A program made the position numbers and the translations under genes. DNA of 64,000 bases from Tieghemostelium lacteum (Eukaryota), in NCBI GenBank assembly GCA_001606155.1, contig LODT01000042.1, forward strand, positions 79,758-143,757, written 5' to 3'. The notes under the pieces were generated by a model. It searched no databases. It was not told the DNA's origin and was given only the letters and a program-made list of their open reading frames with translations. Below, one piece after another: positions 1-10,001 of the stretch; the stretch's first letter is position 1; every line of letters begins with the position of its first letter.

Positions 1-8
1 AATTAGAA

Positions 9-1130
9 TTGAATATAAATAGTATAGATGAGAAATTTAACGAAATCTATAGGGCATTTGATACCACTCAATTAAATGTTGACCAATCTAGAATAGTAAA
101 CAATTATATTAAAAATCCCATTGTAGATAATATTTCAGTAACATTATATGAATTACCAACTTTAAATTTTAAATCCATTGGAAATAAATTTGAAAACAGA
201 ATGACAAAAATCAAAATCAAAAGTATATCAAAGAAAGCTTGTCCTATCAAATTTAGTGAAAAATTAGTCTTTGATGATATTCCTATCAACAAATCACAAA
301 ATTTATACTTGTATAACAGAACTACTGGATTGGAGGTATTGGGGCTATTTGATGAATTTAAAGTTACACAAGTACAAAGTTCTCCTGCTATATCACCTGC
401 TTCATTATTCCCCTATTGGCAAACAATGTCAGATCAGAGTTTGCTCTATTTAATAGCAGGTGATAAAATTGCCTATTTGAACAACAAGAAAAATGATCCA
501 ACTTGGATTATTAAACAAGTACCTCAATTATGTGAGTATGAATTCCGTGCATCCATTAGTGACAATAAAGGTAATATATACATGATTGGCGATAAACTAG
601 GTAGTGGTAGTTGGTCAAATATATACACCATGTCAACTGGAAACTTTGAAATCAAACATATTGGTACTATCAAAGGTTACAGTAATTGGCAAACTCTAAC
701 ATTTGGATCTGGATCTTGGTTGTACATTTGCAGTGGGTTCAAAACAAATGTTCATAAATTCAACATTAAAACCTATCAACTTGAATCTTTGGGTTCTTCA
801 ATACCTATAGTTTCTACATCACTTTTAAATACCAGTTATTCATGTTACGCAGGAAATCTTATATTCGTTATCTCTAATATTGAACCAAGATTTATTGTAT
901 ATAACCACAAAGTGAACCGTAGTAAAATTCTAGAATTGGATAGTAAAGTAATCCCATGTCACAACTATAACAATCTTGCCAAAATACTTTACGATTATGA
1001 TCAACATATTTACTATTTTGTAATAGGTGCAAAGTGCATCAGTAGATATAATATTTTACAAAATGAATGGTCAATAGTTCACAAAACTGACAAAATAATT
1101 AGTGTAACTCAATATTTTTCACTGTCTTAA
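9..1130 (+). CDS. Hypothetical protein (373 aa ORF). Possible beta-propeller-like repeats. The start may lie upstream of the window.
   Basis: Long ORF open from the window edge. Repeated G-x-G-S-W segments (GDKLGSGSWSNIY, FGSGSWLYI). No recognisable catalytic motif. Confidence 0.35.
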   Translation: MNINSIDEKFNEIYRAFDTTQLNVDQSRIVNNYIKNPIVDNISVTLYELPTLNFKSIGNKFENRMTKIKIKSISKKACPIKFSEKLVFDDIPINKSQNLYLYNRTTGLEVLGLFDEFKVTQVQSSPAISPASLFPYWQTMSDQSLLYLIAGDKIAYLNNKKNDPTWIIKQVPQLCEYEFRASISDNKGNIYMIGDKLGSGSWSNIYTMSTGNFEIKHIGTIKGYSNWQTLTFGSGSWLYICSGFKTNVHKFNIKTYQLESLGSSIPIVSTSLLNTSYSCYAGNLIFVISNIEPRFIVYNHKVNRSKILELDSKVIPCHNYNNLAKILYDYDQHIYYFVIGAKCISRYNILQNEWSIVHKTDKIISVTQYFSLS

Positions 1131-1229
1131 ATCTACGTTATAAATCAATGTACCACTTTAAAATGTTCATGATAAATAAAGACATGAAATAAGAATCATT
1201 TATATGTTGTAAACTGGTGAGATTAGTAC

Positions 1230-3701
1230 CTATTTATTTGGTTTTGTAATTTCATATCTTTCGTAGCTCATTAGTTGTTGGTTTTCATGTGAATCACTAA
1301 TGAAATTTGGATTCAAAAATAGTACATTTGGGAATTTAGATAGTGAGATATCAAATAGTCTATCCCATTGAGTCTTATCAGTTACAATGAATTTTGTAGT
1401 CATTTTTGGAGTATTAGTTAAAATACCTTTGTAAGCAGTTATATAACGAATCAATAGATTTCTTTTTGCTTCATCTTTAATGGACAGGTAAAATTCAATA
1501 CCATCAAAAAAGGTTGGTAGTGGATCAATTATATATTCTTTACCAGTCAGTGAGGATTTAGTCTTTTTAATCATAAATGTACTTGGTTTATGATCTTTTT
1601 CCTCATCTGTATTGTCATCATCATCTTTTCCACTTGATTGTTGTGGTGGTGGCATATCTACATCAGTACTTGAACTGGTACCATTAACAGACAACAATGA
1701 AGATTGTCTTCTCTCTTTTGCCATAATACGATCTAGTTCCTTCTGAATCTGAGATGGTGACATCTTTTGAGTGTCATCCATTGGTGGTGATATTGGATTA
1801 AAAGTTGGTATATTCTGTTTACTATCTTGTGAACTTTGAGTATTTTGTGGAGTTGTTGCCTTATTCTTTGTATTTAAAGAAGAAGATAAAGAATCTTGTG
1901 AATTTTGACTTGGTAATTTCGATTTTGAATTATTTTCTTGTGATTTAATACTTGGTACTTCAGTCATATCAGAATCTTGAGTGGTAGTTGATGTAGGAGG
2001 TGTAGTAGGATAATTTCTATTTGATACTGTAATTTGATCTTCATCATCATTATCATCATTATCACCACTATTCTTATGATTATTATTATTATTGTTATTT
2101 TTATGTTTTTTAGGAGGTTCTTGTCTATCGTGTTTATTACTATTTGGAGACAATAAATAGTCTACACGAGAATAATTATCAAAAGTTCTTTTGAGGTAAC
2201 CAACACCATCTTTAAAGAGATCATTTACACTTTCACGTTCACTACCTTTCTTTTCAACCACATCATAATCTACAAGGAACCCGTCATTGTAATCATATTC
2301 ATTTGGAATATGACTGTCATCATCAGAGTCATCAGAATCAGGGTTAGCCTTTTTCTTTGATTTCTTTGAGGTGCTAATAGCCTTACTACTCTGACCACTA
2401 TTTGGCTGATTAGGTTTAGTTTTAGTAGGAGTTGGTGTCTTTGGCATTTCTTCAAATTGATACTTTTTAATTGGTACACGAGCCTTCTCTTTGTAACAAT
2501 CATAAATCCATGATTTTCTTACAATAGAACCACCAGATTTCTTTGCTTCTTTGTATTTTGGAGTATCTGCAAATGGTGTAATTAAATGTGTTGCTTCTCT
2601 ACACCAATCAGGTCTGTAATCAGCACCCATTTCCAATGCCTTTTCTCTAATTTGACCTTTTTCAGGGTTAGTTATACCACCAATAACCAACACCACACCC
2701 TTTAAAAGTGATGAAAATGATGGTTTCTCTTTAGGTTTAATCAGTAGGAAATTAGATCCACCATCACTGTCAGTGTCATCATCATAATCCTGTTTGAATT
2801 CTGGTATTGGTTTTTTAATTCTTTCTTTACTACTACTACTTTCAATGCTATTCTTATTATTATTATTATTTTTATTGTTTTGACTATTATTTACAGATTC
2901 TTGAGATTTGTTATTAATTTTTTCTTTTGGATGATCATTTTCATCTTCAGTTGCTTCATCCTCATCGGAAGGGTGTTTTGCTTTTGATTTTGAGTCTACT
3001 TTGATGACATCACCAGGTAGTGGATTAGTGATGACTGATGAAGGTGCTCTAAAATTCATTGCCAATTGAGGGTCTTGTAAGATATCTTGAACTGTTGTAC
3101 CACTACTCTGCAATCCAGTTGGTTTGGTTTCAGTTAACATTTCAGTTGTGGGGACAGTCGACAATGTCCTTTTCAATTTTGGTATATTGACATAGACACT
3201 AACCAGAGCAAGTCCAATAGTATCTTCAATGAAATAGGAAGGTGTGGTACATACAATTCTGAGTTTTTCCCATTTCTGTGAAACAACATTGGCAGAGAAA
3301 CTATCTTGTTCAAATCTCTTGTAACGATTTCTATTGGTACGACTCTTACTCTCTGTTTTAGTCATGAATGTAGTCATTCCTAACAGTACCTGAAATTCAT
3401 TGGATTCCCATGTAGTCTGTCCCACTAAAACCTCTATAAATGCTGATCCTGCATTACAAATATCTAATGCCTTTATAGTTGTTGGTGAAGGAAACTGAAA
3501 TTCAATAACAGCCTTCTCTGACATTTCCTTTGTCTGCCAGATCCTGTATCTGTCATCTGAAAGTACATTATTAGCTCTATGAACTTCATTCTCTGATGTA
3601 CAATAAGTCACACTCATATCTAATTTTTTTGTACCCTCTGGTGGAATTGTATAGTCTGGCTCTGTAGGGCCAGCCATTTGCATATATAAATTCATTTTCA
3701 C
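1230..3701 (-). CDS. xrcc1: XRCC1-like DNA repair scaffold. It has an XRCC1 N-terminal domain and two BRCT domains separated by long low-complexity Ser/Asn/Asp linkers.
   Basis: N-terminus (ALDICNAGSAFIEVLVGQ ... KLRIVCTTPSY) matches the XRCC1 N-terminal domain (human SVDIGNDGSAFVEVLVGS / RVKIVCSQPYS). The central BRCT (VLVIGGITNPEKGQIREKALEMGADYRPDWCREATHLITPF...SWIYDC) and the C-terminal BRCT (FFDGIEFYLS...) are both recognisable. Single 823-aa ORF with an ATG start. Confidence 0.8.
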   Translation of the reverse strand: MKMNLYMQMAGPTEPDYTIPPEGTKKLDMSVTYCTSENEVHRANNVLSDDRYRIWQTKEMSEKAVIEFQFPSPTTIKALDICNAGSAFIEVLVGQTTWESNEFQVLLGMTTFMTKTESKSRTNRNRYKRFEQDSFSANVVSQKWEKLRIVCTTPSYFIEDTIGLALVSVYVNIPKLKRTLSTVPTTEMLTETKPTGLQSSGTTVQDILQDPQLAMNFRAPSSVITNPLPGDVIKVDSKSKAKHPSDEDEATEDENDHPKEKINNKSQESVNNSQNNKNNNNNKNSIESSSSKERIKKPIPEFKQDYDDDTDSDGGSNFLLIKPKEKPSFSSLLKGVVLVIGGITNPEKGQIREKALEMGADYRPDWCREATHLITPFADTPKYKEAKKSGGSIVRKSWIYDCYKEKARVPIKKYQFEEMPKTPTPTKTKPNQPNSGQSSKAISTSKKSKKKANPDSDDSDDDSHIPNEYDYNDGFLVDYDVVEKKGSERESVNDLFKDGVGYLKRTFDNYSRVDYLLSPNSNKHDRQEPPKKHKNNNNNNNHKNSGDNDDNDDEDQITVSNRNYPTTPPTSTTTQDSDMTEVPSIKSQENNSKSKLPSQNSQDSLSSSLNTKNKATTPQNTQSSQDSKQNIPTFNPISPPMDDTQKMSPSQIQKELDRIMAKERRQSSLLSVNGTSSSTDVDMPPPQQSSGKDDDDNTDEEKDHKPSTFMIKKTKSSLTGKEYIIDPLPTFFDGIEFYLSIKDEAKRNLLIRYITAYKGILTNTPKMTTKFIVTDKTQWDRLFDISLSKFPNVLFLNPNFISDSHENQQLMSYERYEITKPNK

Positions 3702-3722
3702 ACAGATATATCTGGTTGTGTG

Positions 3723-6417
3723 TTATTTCAAATTTTTAAAAAAAAAAAATAGATTTTTTCTTGTAAAAGGTATAAAGAGAGAGAACAAAGTTTGTTTTAT
3801 TTTGTCAACATAGAGTATTTTGTAGAATTCATCGACCACATTGGTGATGATATTGGCATCTTTATCGGATGACCAAACAAGAGCTCTGGTTTCTGAATAG
3901 GTTTCTTTACCATTTTCCTGATAGATCATTGTAGATTTGTAGATTTTACCACCATTGTCTACAATGACTGGCAAACTATCATTTTCTTTGGAGAGTCTTA
4001 GAACTGCATCTTTACTGAGTTTCTGATCAGATGGTACATCAACTAATTTGTATTTTACAGCATCTTTTTCATTTTTTATGTATTTCTCTAGATCATTTTC
4101 TAGAATGTTATGATCGGATGGTACGTTAATGATATAGGCTCCATTGTCAATGAGTGCCAAACCATAGGTTTTGTTGGCAATGTATGAGTTCATTAAGAGG
4201 TTGCCTAGTGTCAGTAATGAAGATCCTTGTGTATTGAGATCAAACCAATCAAGTTCACTAGTGAATTCAAAAGACTCGTATTTCTCATTATCAGTGGTGA
4301 GATGAAGTTCACCTTGACTGTCTGTGACTTTGATGACTCTACTATCCCATGCCATTAAATAGAATTGGCTACTGGAGTTCTTGGATTCCAGTAATAGCCA
4401 AGTTTCAGTTTCTATAGCAGGACCCTTTGCCATTTCATACTGACATAGATCATCTCCACGACATGATAAAAAGGATGCTCTGGTGTCTGGAAGAGTGTTG
4501 AAAGGACACATGATAGTCACCATACCACTGTCCTGTATTTTCATGATTTGTAGTGGCTCTTTCCAGTTCTTTTCATTATGTTTACCGAGTTTACTCTTTG
4601 TACCTCCATCAGCACCTACATACTTGGTTTTGGAATTCTCTGTGAATTTCAAAAAGGTAAGGTTAGTTACATCTTTTGGAATAGTGTAAATCTTGAATTT
4701 AGTGTTAGTGTAACGTTTTGGAAGGTCATCATGGAACTGTTCCAGTGGTGACTTGGGTCTAAAGAAAAATATTTTAACCAAAGCAGCCAAACCAGCAACT
4801 ACTGCAAATACAACTGATAACGGTCCGCTCCAACTTGTAAACACCATGGTAGACATTATAAATGCGCCTATAGTTGCAATGGCACCTATTAAGTCCATTG
4901 AAAAAGCACCCCAAGATTGTGATTTGGCATCTTGAACCATATCGTAAATGAGGAAACCCACACTTGCAACCATGAATACTGGCATTGCAATCTTACTTAT
5001 AACTTGACTAACAGTTCCAAAGAGTGCTGTAGTGGCATTTCCAATGAATTTCAGAGGTGATGCAATGATACCTGCGTTGGAGATTGCTAACAGTTTATCA
5101 AAGAATTTGTTGGTGAGATTAGCAACAACACGGAAAATACCACGTGCCAATGAGGTAGTTGAGAAACCAATAAATGTCCCAACGGCGCTGTAGACTGTCT
5201 TGACCTTTTCAACATCACTTGATTGATCCCAATATGCAATTCCCATAACCAAAGACAATGCAGAGGCAGTTAGGAATATAGCGCCCATAAGATTCTCTCT
5301 AACATTCTTAGCAATGGATCCAAGGAAATCTTTTAATTTTCCAGAGAATGTACTGGCACCAGCTTCCAAAATGTATTCACCAATCTTTTCAACTTGATTA
5401 GCAGAGATGATTTGATCATAGTTTAGCTTACTGTATGCAACTACAAGGTCACCTGAAACTACTTGTGCTGTACCAACTTTATTGATCATATCCTTTATCT
5501 GAATGATAATCTCTTGGTTATCAGTACTTATCAAGGCATCATTCAATGATTTTTGTAAAATTGAAGAGAAAATCTTTTGCTTTGAGACATCATTTATATT
5601 TTGGAATACCTCGTTTGCTACTAAGGCATGTGATAGTTTTTGATTTAGATCTTGACTTGTATTACCACTGGTATCGAGTATATCCAATTTTGAACCCCAC
5701 TGTTTCATCATGTTGTTAACTACTTCAATTGGCATAATTTTCACAGTTGTTACCCAAGTAGGCATAACAGTATCCAAAATAAACTGTTTATATTCTTTTG
5801 CCCAATTTCTTGATTTATCTTTAGCATAGAAAATGATATCTGGTACTTTTTTAGCATATGAATAATGGTACAATAAATTGGTTTGATTTAAATAATAAAT
5901 CTAATGATAAAAATTAAATGACTATTAACAAATATATCTATGATTTATCAGTAATTATAAATCTTACTTTTTGAAAATAAATGGTCATATCGGATTCAAT
6001 GATATCAGCATTGACTTTAAATTTCTCTTTACCATTTAAACCTAATGCCAACCAAGGTACAGATAAAGCCTCATACCATTTCTTTACATCGTGATCACTG
6101 ACAATATGTTTAAGTGCTGAGTTTAGATGAGGTTTATCCTGACCTAATAGATTCTTTCTATAATCATCATTCATGAAATAGATGATATTATTGTTAAATA
6201 GTGCTTCACATTCAACTTGAGCTATATCTTTATTATCAACAATGGATGTGATTTCATTTAAATTCTCTAGTGATAATACTGGGGGTTTATGTTTTTTTGA
6301 TTCTGGTTGTGGTTGTACAGATGCAGTTTCATCAGTGATATCATCAGTTCCATTAATTATCTCATCAAATATTGCATCCCTAATTGCGTTAAATTGTGTA
6401 TCATAAGCTGTTGCCAT
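3723..6417 (-). CDS. Paralog 1 of a three-gene family of unknown function. Two exons: join(3723..5900, 5968..6417), about 875 aa. Modules are an N-terminal soluble domain, a helical domain, two hydrophobic helical hairpins and a C-terminal beta domain with xW motifs.
   Basis: ORF 5938..6417 ends ...IYFQK followed by GTAAGA. A 67-nt intron (5901..5967) ends in cattAG. The reading frame then continues ATT TAT TAT TTA AAT CAA ACC AAT TTA TTG TAC... (IYYLNQTNLLYHYSYA) straight into ORF 3723..5873. The same exon junction is conserved in both paralogs. Hydrophobic segments: NLMGAIFLTASALSLVMGIAYW, and MPVFMVASVGFLIYD...IGAIATIGAFIMSTMVFTSWSGPLSVVFAVVAGLAALVKIFFF. Confidence 0.8.
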
Positions 6418-6830
6418 TTATTGTTATTGTTAAATAACAGAGGAGAAACTTTAAATACTCTTTCCATTAGGAATAGATATTTCTGTCGACACCTATGGCA
6501 TCTTTTATGAAATTTTCATTTGATTAGGGTTCTATGAATCACTCAATCAGAAAATGACTTTAGTTTTTTAAAAAATTACTTAAATATCTGAATATGCAGA
6601 ATTTCACAAAAATTAGATATTAAAACAAATCTATAGATATGATCAATTGAGATTTTCTTCATGGATAAATTTGCATGTTATATATACATAAAATATATAT
6701 AAAAAGCAATTAATTTTATTTATCAAAAGATGAGATTAAATTAAAGGAGAATAAGTTGTTACATTTTGAATATTAATATTTGCAATACACAGTTTAAAAT
6801 ATTCATTATGCAAAAATATAAATTATTTTA

Positions 6831-9417
6831 TTAATTTACATGATAAAGGATACGATATTGTTCATCAACAATTTTAGATTTGTAGTCATAACTAGAAGCA
6901 TTTGGCCAAGCTAAGGCTTTTCCAGAGGAATAGGTCTGACCATCTTTTGAAGTTTTATCCATACCTGCTTTGTAGGTCTTATCTCCATCATAGATTGTTG
7001 GTAAAAAGTCATCGTCATTGAGAGCTAAGAAAGCATCATCACCTAGTTGAGTGTTATTGGGTGGTTGTACCAAATGGTGGAAAATAGCACCACTCTTTTC
7101 TTTAATGTATTGAGCAACATTGAAATTGTTTACATCATCTGGCATGTTGATGATATAGGCACCAGTGTTTACCAATGCAAGACCATATTTACTGTTGGCA
7201 ATATATCCATTCATTTTGAGTGAGTCACCGTAGAGTAGAGATGAGGTTTGTGTGTTCAAATCAAACCAATCGACCTCAGAGGTAAAAGTGAATTCGGTTT
7301 TGGTGTCTTTGCTAAGTGAGAATTTACCATCATTGTCAACGGAAATGTATTTGCTGTCCCAGCCGTAGAGGTAGAAACCTTTCTGGTCACCAGCATCGAT
7401 TAGTAACCATGATTCAGTGTTTACTGCTGGACCTTTATCAAAACCGTAGAGGGTAAGGTTATCACTACGACATGAGAGGAAGGATGTTGGAACATCTCCA
7501 TAGCTGTTAAATGGCATGAGCATGGTTACCATGCCACTTTCTTGAATTTTCATGACTTGGAATGGATCTTTATAGTTCTTGTCACCGTCTTTACCAAGTC
7601 TATTGCTACCATGGTCTTTATCAGGAACACAATATTTGTCACCAAACTTGAGATAGGCTAAGTTACTTATGTCACTTGGTAAAGTGTAGATTTTTAGTGA
7701 GGTGTTTTTGTAACGTGTTGGAAGATCATCTTTGAACTGTTGCAATGGTGTTTTTGGTTTGAACAAGAAGATCTTAGCAAGAGTAGCCAAACCTGCAACT
7801 ATAGCGAATACAATACTCAAAGGACCACTCCAACTGGTTGATACCAATGTAGAGAGAACCATATAACCGATAGTACAAATTGCTGCAATGGTATCCATGG
7901 AAAATGCACCCCATGAGTCAGATCTTGCATCTTGGACCATATCATAAATAAGGAAACCTACAGAGGCAACCATGAATACAGGTACTGCAATCTTATTGAT
8001 AAAGTTACTGACAATACCACCAAAGAGTGATGATACAACTGAACTAATGTATTTCAATGGAGATGCTAGAATACTCTCTGATGTGAAATCCATGAATGCA
8101 GTAAAGAATTTGTTACCATATTTGGCAACGATGGCATAGAGACCTTTGCCAAAAGTGGTTGTTGAGAAACCGATAAGAGTACCAACAGCAGATAGAACTG
8201 TCTTGGCTCTAGTTACATTGTCACTGACATTCCAATTAGCAACACCCATGACAAAAGCCAAAGAACTGACAGTCATAAAGATGGTTCCCAGTAGATTGTT
8301 TTTGATGGAAGTTCCCATTGCAGATAAGGCATTTTTGAATTTGTCAGTCCATGTAGTTACACCAGCTTCTAAGACAAGCTCACCAACAGCTTCAACAGAT
8401 GCTGCACTTACAATTTGAGCGTATTGTACACGTGAGTATGCAGATGCCAATTCACCAGCAACAAAACTAGCACCACCAGCTTGGTTCATTAAAGCCTTCA
8501 TGTTATTGATAATTTCTTGATTTTCAGAGGAGTCTTTAGCATCATTTAAAGCTTTTAAAAGTACAGAACGGAAGATCTTTTGTTGAGAGACTACACTCAT
8601 ATTCTTAAAGATCTGGTCAGTCATGATTGCTTGTGATAGTTTTTGGTTGAGTTCTCTTGATGAGTCACCAGTTGGATCCAAAAGATCAAGTTTACTAGTC
8701 CACTGTTTAATCATTAGATTAACAATATCAGTTGGTAATATGGATACAGTTGTCATCCAAGTTGATAATACACTATCCAAGATATAAGTCTTATAATCAT
8801 CAGCCCATTTTTCACCACCATCTTCAATATATGGAATAATAGCTTGTACTCTATCAGCATATGCATAATGATACAATAAATTTGATTGATCCAAATAATA
8901 TGTCTATACCAAACAAATATTAGTATTTAGTTCAAAAATATTGTAATATTATTATTATAAGTACCTTTTGGAATTCAACTGTCATATCAGATTGAAGGAT
9001 TGGGCCATTGACATTAAAGTCGCTTACACCATTTAGACCTAAAGCAATCCAAGGTACAGAGAGATCTTTATACCAATTTTGAACATCTTCATCGGCAACA
9101 ATAGCTTTGAGACCATCTGAGAGTGCAGGTTTATTTGCAACACCAAGTAAATTCTTTCTGTAATCATCGTTCATGAAATAGATGATATTGTTGTTGAAAT
9201 AGGCTTCACAGTCTACTTGAGCCATATCCTTTCCATCAACTACTGAAGTGATGTTATTCAAGTTATCAAGAGACAAAGTCTGTTGAACATTGGCTTGTGG
9301 GGTCTTAGCATGGTCTTGTTTCAACTGATTGAATGCTTTTTCTCTAATTTTTAAAAATTTAGTGAATGAAGCTGATGATTTAGCCTTATTACGTCTTTCT
9401 TCTCTTTTTTTACCCAT
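6831..9417 (-). CDS. Paralog 2 of the family. Two exons: join(6831..8903, 8965..9417), about 841 aa.
   Basis: Exon 1 (ORF 8932..9417) ends ...VEFQK followed by GTACTT. A 61-nt intron (8904..8964) ends in tatAG. Exon 2 begins ACA TAT TAT TTG GAT CAA TCA AAT (TYYLDQSNLLYHYAYA) in frame with ORF 6831..8894. About 55-60% identity to paralog 1 along the whole length. Same hydrophobic hairpins and the same C-terminal FYLYGWDS / EVDWFDLNTQ motifs. Confidence 0.8.
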
Positions 9418-10001
9418 TCTTATCTATATATCTATTTAACTTAATTAAAATTAAATGAATGATTGATTTTTTGAAATTGGAGAATGAATTGAAATAGAAT
9501 CTATAATATATAGTTTCTTGACAATTTAAAATCTTTTGATTCAGATTTTAGGTAATGGGACATCAGGTATTAAAATTAAAGGAATTTAATTATTTATAAA
9601 AATTATAGTGCATTATGATGGGGATTTATGAAAAATTTGAATTTTTCTGTTGTTAGATATTTTTAAATTTTGTTAAATTTGAATCATATGAAATCAAACA
9701 GACAAATGATGAAGAACTTACGAGATATTCATTCAATTAATTTTAAAAAATCTAAATTTTCATAACAATCGACCCTTGTTGTATGTTTGCATGCTCGCAT
9801 TTCAGCAGAATTTCACAACCAATTTGGGATATGATATTTTTTATAAAAGTTATTGATCTATTCATACGAGTGGACCAGACCTATAAAAATACTTTGAATT
9901 TATTTCTCATTCTTCTTCTAACAGTTACTAAAAAATTTTAAATATCTAAATTTAAATTACTTATTATACATTCCAACTTTGTATACAACAAATAAACAAT
10001 A

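Noticed and set aside
104-453. Short ORFs 104..292(-) and 271..453(+) overlapping ORF 9..1130
   Set aside because: Both sit inside or antisense to a much longer ORF. Hydrophobic low-complexity translations are typical of AT-rich antisense frames.
2270-2503. 77-aa antisense ORF inside XRCC1
   Set aside because: Sits entirely within the conserved BRCT-coding region on the opposite strand. No independent support.
8146-8418. 90-aa + strand ORF inside paralog 2 (similarly 4483..4689, 4753..4935, 10686..10883, 11463..11657)
   Set aside because: Shadow ORFs opposite or out of frame within strongly supported coding sequence.
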